Translations under genes and position numbers: made by a program
Part shown: piece after piece, positions 60,442-64,000 of the stretch
How positions within the stretch are numbered: the stretch's first letter is position 1
Layout of the letters: every line of letters starts with the position of its first letter
The notes under the pieces: generated by a model
What the model was told of the DNA's origin: nothing
Seen by the model: the letters and a program-made list of their open reading frames with translations, nothing else
Databases searched by the model: none
NCBI GenBank assembly: GCA_050012255.1
Contig: JBEKHN010000006.1
Location: forward strand, 45,454-109,453
Origin: Candidatus Bathyarchaeia archaeon
GTDB taxonomy: Archaea > Thermoproteota > Bathyarchaeia > Bathyarchaeales > Bathycorpusculaceae
Direction: 5' to 3'
DNA length: 64,000 nt

Positions 60442-60533
60442 AAGGATAAAACAGGTTTTCGGAGAGACGCAACAGGTTTTTCTCGAATTACCCAATGAAT
60501 TGATGAAAAAAGCTGTCTCTTTTTACTCGTGCT

Positions 60534-60645
60534 TCAGGAAGTCTTGATTTCTTCCAAGTCTCGTTCGATGCTGCTGAATTGTTCCAGTGAGGATTGTACG
60601 TCTTCAGTGATTTCTCTGGCAATCACGTCTGGTGGCGGTAGCTTC
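60534..60645 (-). pseudogene. 3' remnant of a type I R-M methyltransferase (HsdM-like tail)
   Basis: LPPPDVIAREITEDVQSSLEQF resembles the LPxPxVIAxEIxEDLxxALEQF C-terminus of HsdM proteins. Confidence 0.6.
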
Positions 60646-61438
60646 CATGTTGATCTGATGTTGATCTTGAAGAGTCGTTGGAAAACGGAGATTTGGCCTC
60701 TGCTAGTAGCTTTCTCCATCTGCGGATGGTTTTTCTTGTTATTCCAAAAATCTTCTCCAAGTCCCTTTCAGGGATCGGTTCTTTCTGCTCCAGATGCGAG
60801 TCGATTCTGTTAGGCTTTTCTTGTGATACGTTGTAGATGGCGGCCGCAAAAGCAGCCCTGAGTTGTTTAGGAGTCAACGGATTGTTATTCAAATATCTGA
60901 CGGTTTTGCGCTTGGCCGAGTTAATTTCTTTGTCTAACCCTGCTTGAAACATTTTGGCGAATTTCGACTGGATGAGTTGATCCAGTTCTTCTAGCTGTGC
61001 TGGCTCTTCAGGTTTTGAGATTGCGTTTTTGTATGCCTCAGCGCACTTTTTGGGGATTAGTGGTTGTTCACCTTCGCCCCATTTGGGTTTTCCGACGTAT
61101 TTCCAGTGAGGAGGCTCTAGGGTTCGCCCGCCGAGATATTCATCCTGCTTGCTCGGAGTCATCATGAGGTCGTCGTAAGCAATTGGTTCGATATAGAAGG
61201 CGGCAACCACGTTGCAGTTTTGGCATTTGAGAACTACGAGATCATAGGCATTTCCACTTTCCACGAGTTTTTCAGGACGACAGTAGAGTTCGGTCAGCTC
61301 TTGACCACACTGAGAGCAATGCTCTGGAAGCATGTCACAGTCTGTGATCGTCTCAATTGTCATGTCGATTTTTTCGTCTAGGTATACTTGAGCTTGACTG
61401 ATCAATTCGTCGATTATTGATTTCTTCTCCATAATCAC
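60623..61438 (-). CDS. Zn-ribbon + TFIIB cyclin/HTH-like protein
   Basis: CSQC...CQNC; AAFAAAIY...ERDLEKIFGITRKTIRRW. Confidence 0.6.
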   Translation of the reverse strand: MIMEKKSIIDELISQAQVYLDEKIDMTIETITDCDMLPEHCSQCGQELTELYCRPEKLVESGNAYDLVVLKCQNCNVVAAFYIEPIAYDDLMMTPSKQDEYLGGRTLEPPHWKYVGKPKWGEGEQPLIPKKCAEAYKNAISKPEEPAQLEELDQLIQSKFAKMFQAGLDKEINSAKRKTVRYLNNNPLTPKQLRAAFAAAIYNVSQEKPNRIDSHLEQKEPIPERDLEKIFGITRKTIRRWRKLLAEAKSPFSNDSSRSTSDQHGSYRHQT

Positions 61439-61676
61439 ATCCCCTGATATGTAGCGATAGAAAGAAAAGCCTTGCCGCGATTGTCGATCTATCCTTTCAA
61501 TTGCTCTTAGAAAGGTTTCAGAAGCTTCTTTGGCGATAGAGGCTTCCTCAATAGAAGCACACTTTAGTGCTCAAGAATGGAACTAATTTACCCCATGATA
61601 GTTTGGACCGAGCGGAGCATAGCATTCGTCAAGAATATTGTAAGAGTTGTTTTGAGCCCTCAACACAAGGAGATAC

Positions 61677-62219
61677 TTGATAGCATCTGCACAAGGCTTG
61701 GACAGAGTGAGAGCGACGTCTTACCGGGTTGTTGTTCATCCCAAGTATAGAACGGTCGGCTTGGGGGTCAAGCTTGTCAGGGAAACTTTAGCCCTTGCTG
61801 GAACAGACCACGTTGAAATGTCAGCCGTTATGGCCAAGTACAACCCGTTTGCAGAAAAGGCCGGAATGAAGAAAATAGCGGAACAGCACCCGCCAAAAGA
61901 AGCTGAGAAAATTATGGATGCTCTTGAAGACCTTGAGTTTAACACTCAGCTACTCGGTAGCACAAACTACTTGTCGAAGACGCTTCAAGCACTCAAAGAA
62001 GACGGCGTCGCGAAAATAAGAGAAGCCTTAGCCGCACAGAGGCACCCTCGCTTTTTGAAGAGTTTCTCGAATGACCTTCCCTTCGGCACGAGAGAGGCTT
62101 ACCAGAAGGAAATTGGGAACGCAAGCCTGAAGAAGCTTGCAAGCCTGATCAAGATCTGCGGCTTTTTGATGCAGACGAAGGTCTATCTATTCTGGAAAAA
62201 AGAAGAGATGGGGTGTTGA
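61677..62219 (+). pseudogene. 5'-truncated GNAT-like acetyltransferase
   Basis: Begins almost at the acetyl-CoA motif RVVVHPKYRTVGLG; AVMAKYNPFAEKAGM; N-terminal half absent. Confidence 0.65.
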
Positions 62220-62355
62220 AGTTCTTCAGGTCCGTGACTGCTTTTTGATTCGGCTGCGACTTTGTTCTTCAACGAATTGCATAAGCCCACCGAACACTTG
62301 ATCGAACGAGAAAAAACGCAAAGGAGATTACGTCTTAAATCTGGGCAATGAAGAC

Positions 62356-63735
62356 TTGGGCAATAGGAGGTTTGTCAAAATGAAATATAAGTCTCTACTC
62401 ATAGAAAGGGGTTTTCGAGGCCACAGACTGAGAAAAAAGGTGACAATAAGGGTTCCGAAGCGACAAAATGCGGCAGAAGAGAAACTTTTACGTTATATTA
62501 TAGAGTCGTTGAGCAGAAGATCCTGTCTAATACCGTTTACTCTCAAAAACTTCTCAACAAGGGAGCTTGCCAGACACCTGCTGTTCAACAGAACGGGGAG
62601 TCAGCTTAGTCTCTACCGATACATCGACAGCATCTATCATTTCTGCACGTGGATTGGGGCTCAACCTGATAAGCTTGTGAATAAGTGCCGGCGCAGAAAT
62701 GGGGACCCAAACTCAAAAGGAATAACCACAATGACTCGCGCCCTTGAGAAGTACATAGATCATATGGACGCAAACAACCTTTCACCCAGCACTATGAAAA
62801 GTCACCTGAAAAGCGTAACAGGCATGTTCCATGTCAATGGCATAATACTTAGAGTACCGTACAGTAAAAGCGTTTGGAATTTGTACGACGATAGAGCACC
62901 TTCGCGCGAAGAAATCCAAAAAATCTTGGACCTAGCAGAGCTTCGTGAAAGAGTCTTAATCACAATACTGGCGGTCAGCGGTCTCCGGGCGGGTACACTC
63001 TTGAAACTTCGCTATCAGCACGTAAAACAGGATCTCGAACGAGGTATCGTCCCAATTCACGTGCATGTCGAGGCGGAACTGACGAAGGGTAAACGTCGCA
63101 GCTATGACACTTTCCTGAATGAAGAGGCATCAAGGTGTCTCGGATCCTACTTTGCCGCTCGAAAAAAAGGTACGCAAAAAATCCCCCCAGAACAAATACA
63201 CGACGAATCACCTTTAATCAGAGCCAACCGTTGCAAACAAGTCAAAGGAGTAACTGTTGAGCAAGTTACGAAAATCGTTCACAATCTCTATGTCAAAGCA
63301 GGCATATTGGAAAATAATTCTTTGCGCAAAAGAAGTGAACTGAGAACCCACAGCTTCAGGAAGTTTTTCCGAACCCAAATGGCCTCATGTGATGTTGATC
63401 CTGATTGCATCGATTTCATGATGGGTCGCCCAGTGAAAGATCGCTACCATGATGTCAGAATGAAAGGCGTCGAATACCTACGCGGCATATATTTGACATC
63501 TGGAATAAGCATTAGACCGAAAACCAAGATGAACAAGATCGATGCTTTAAAAGAAATAATTCAAGCATGGGGTCTGAACCCACAGAAAATCCTGACCAAT
63601 GAAGCATTGGCGCAGCTTACTTCGACTACCAAAAAGAAGCAGGCCAGTGACAAAGATCTGCTGTTCTGGTTAAGGCCTCTACAGAATCATCAATCGAACG
63701 GCTTTTCCCCAGAATCAAGTGGTGCACACAAATGA
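62356..63735 (+). CDS. Tyrosine recombinase/integrase
   Basis: SGLRAGT, TKGK, HSFRKFF, MMGR, DRY. The likely start is GTG 62440. Confidence 0.92.
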   Translation: MGNRRFVKMKYKSLLIERGFRGHRLRKKVTIRVPKRQNAAEEKLLRYIIESLSRRSCLIPFTLKNFSTRELARHLLFNRTGSQLSLYRYIDSIYHFCTWIGAQPDKLVNKCRRRNGDPNSKGITTMTRALEKYIDHMDANNLSPSTMKSHLKSVTGMFHVNGIILRVPYSKSVWNLYDDRAPSREEIQKILDLAELRERVLITILAVSGLRAGTLLKLRYQHVKQDLERGIVPIHVHVEAELTKGKRRSYDTFLNEEASRCLGSYFAARKKGTQKIPPEQIHDESPLIRANRCKQVKGVTVEQVTKIVHNLYVKAGILENNSLRKRSELRTHSFRKFFRTQMASCDVDPDCIDFMMGRPVKDRYHDVRMKGVEYLRGIYLTSGISIRPKTKMNKIDALKEIIQAWGLNPQKILTNEALAQLTSTTKKKQASDKDLLFWLRPLQNHQSNGFSPESSGAHK

Positions 63736-63785
63736 AATCCCTGACCGTGACAAGAAGCCCGAATAATTACAGACTGAAACAACCC

Positions 63786-64000
63786 TTGAAGCTTCATATT
63801 CCAGAGCCAAAAACTGTAGCCGAGGAAAAACTGCAACGATACATCATAAACACGTTCGTCGTAAGGCACCCGCCGTTGGCGCGATTCACTTTCGAAAACT
63901 CCACGACCATGGAGCTCGCGAAACATCTGCTACGTCACCGAACAGGCAGTACAAGCACGCTTTACAATTACGTTTACGATGTATATCGTTTCTGCACATG
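63786..64000 (+). CDS. Second tandem tyrosine recombinase paralog, 5' end only
   Basis: LKLHIPEPKTVAEEKLQRYII...FTFENSTTMELAKHLLRHRTGS..TLYNYVYDVYRFCT aligns with the N-terminus of the upstream recombinase. Confidence 0.85.
   Translation, partial: MKLHIPEPKTVAEEKLQRYIINTFVVRHPPLARFTFENSTTMELAKHLLRHRTGSTSTLYNYVYDVYRFCT

Larger units (their letters stand above)
54345..64000. mobile_element. Second mobile or mosaic region; right end not seen
   Basis: Three tyrosine recombinase genes, RHH regulator, topo VI-like pair and gene remnants, with no housekeeping genes. Confidence 0.75.

Overview
Archaeal chromosome segment, most likely Bathyarchaeia (inferred from gene repertoire and order). The core blocks are dinB, glpX, metK, smc-scpA-scpB-rps8e, srp19, and the conserved rps13-rps4-rps11-rpoD-rpl18e-rpl13-rps9-rpoN-eno-rps2-MEMO1-mvk-ipk-fni-GGPPS-gltX superoperon. 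There are three accessory regions. (1) An AT-richer element of about 8.2 kb (10732-18979) is integrated in tRNA-Ala(TGC), bounded by 43-bp direct repeats that split an SSV/pTN3-type integrase into Int(N) and Int(C). Its cargo is a co-oriented array of GNAT, DUF4760-like, 2H-phosphoesterase and methyltransferase genes built from shared promoter, 3'-tail and hairpin modules, and an unrelated methyltransferase sits between GNAT-type flanks, which suggests cassette swapping. (2) A cell-surface locus (42.7-51.3 kb) carries cohesin and dockerin proteins, a membrane-anchored wHTH regulator, a pilin and two roadblock proteins. (3) A second mobile region (54.3 kb to the window end) begins at a dif-like 11-6-11 palindrome. 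It encodes a degenerate-looking tyrosine recombinase with a nested antisense gene, a divergent topoisomerase VI-like B/A gene pair, an RHH regulator, a TFB-like protein, an hsdM remnant and two tandem paralogous recombinases. No CRISPR array or rRNA was seen. All family calls come from motif recognition by eye, not from database searches.
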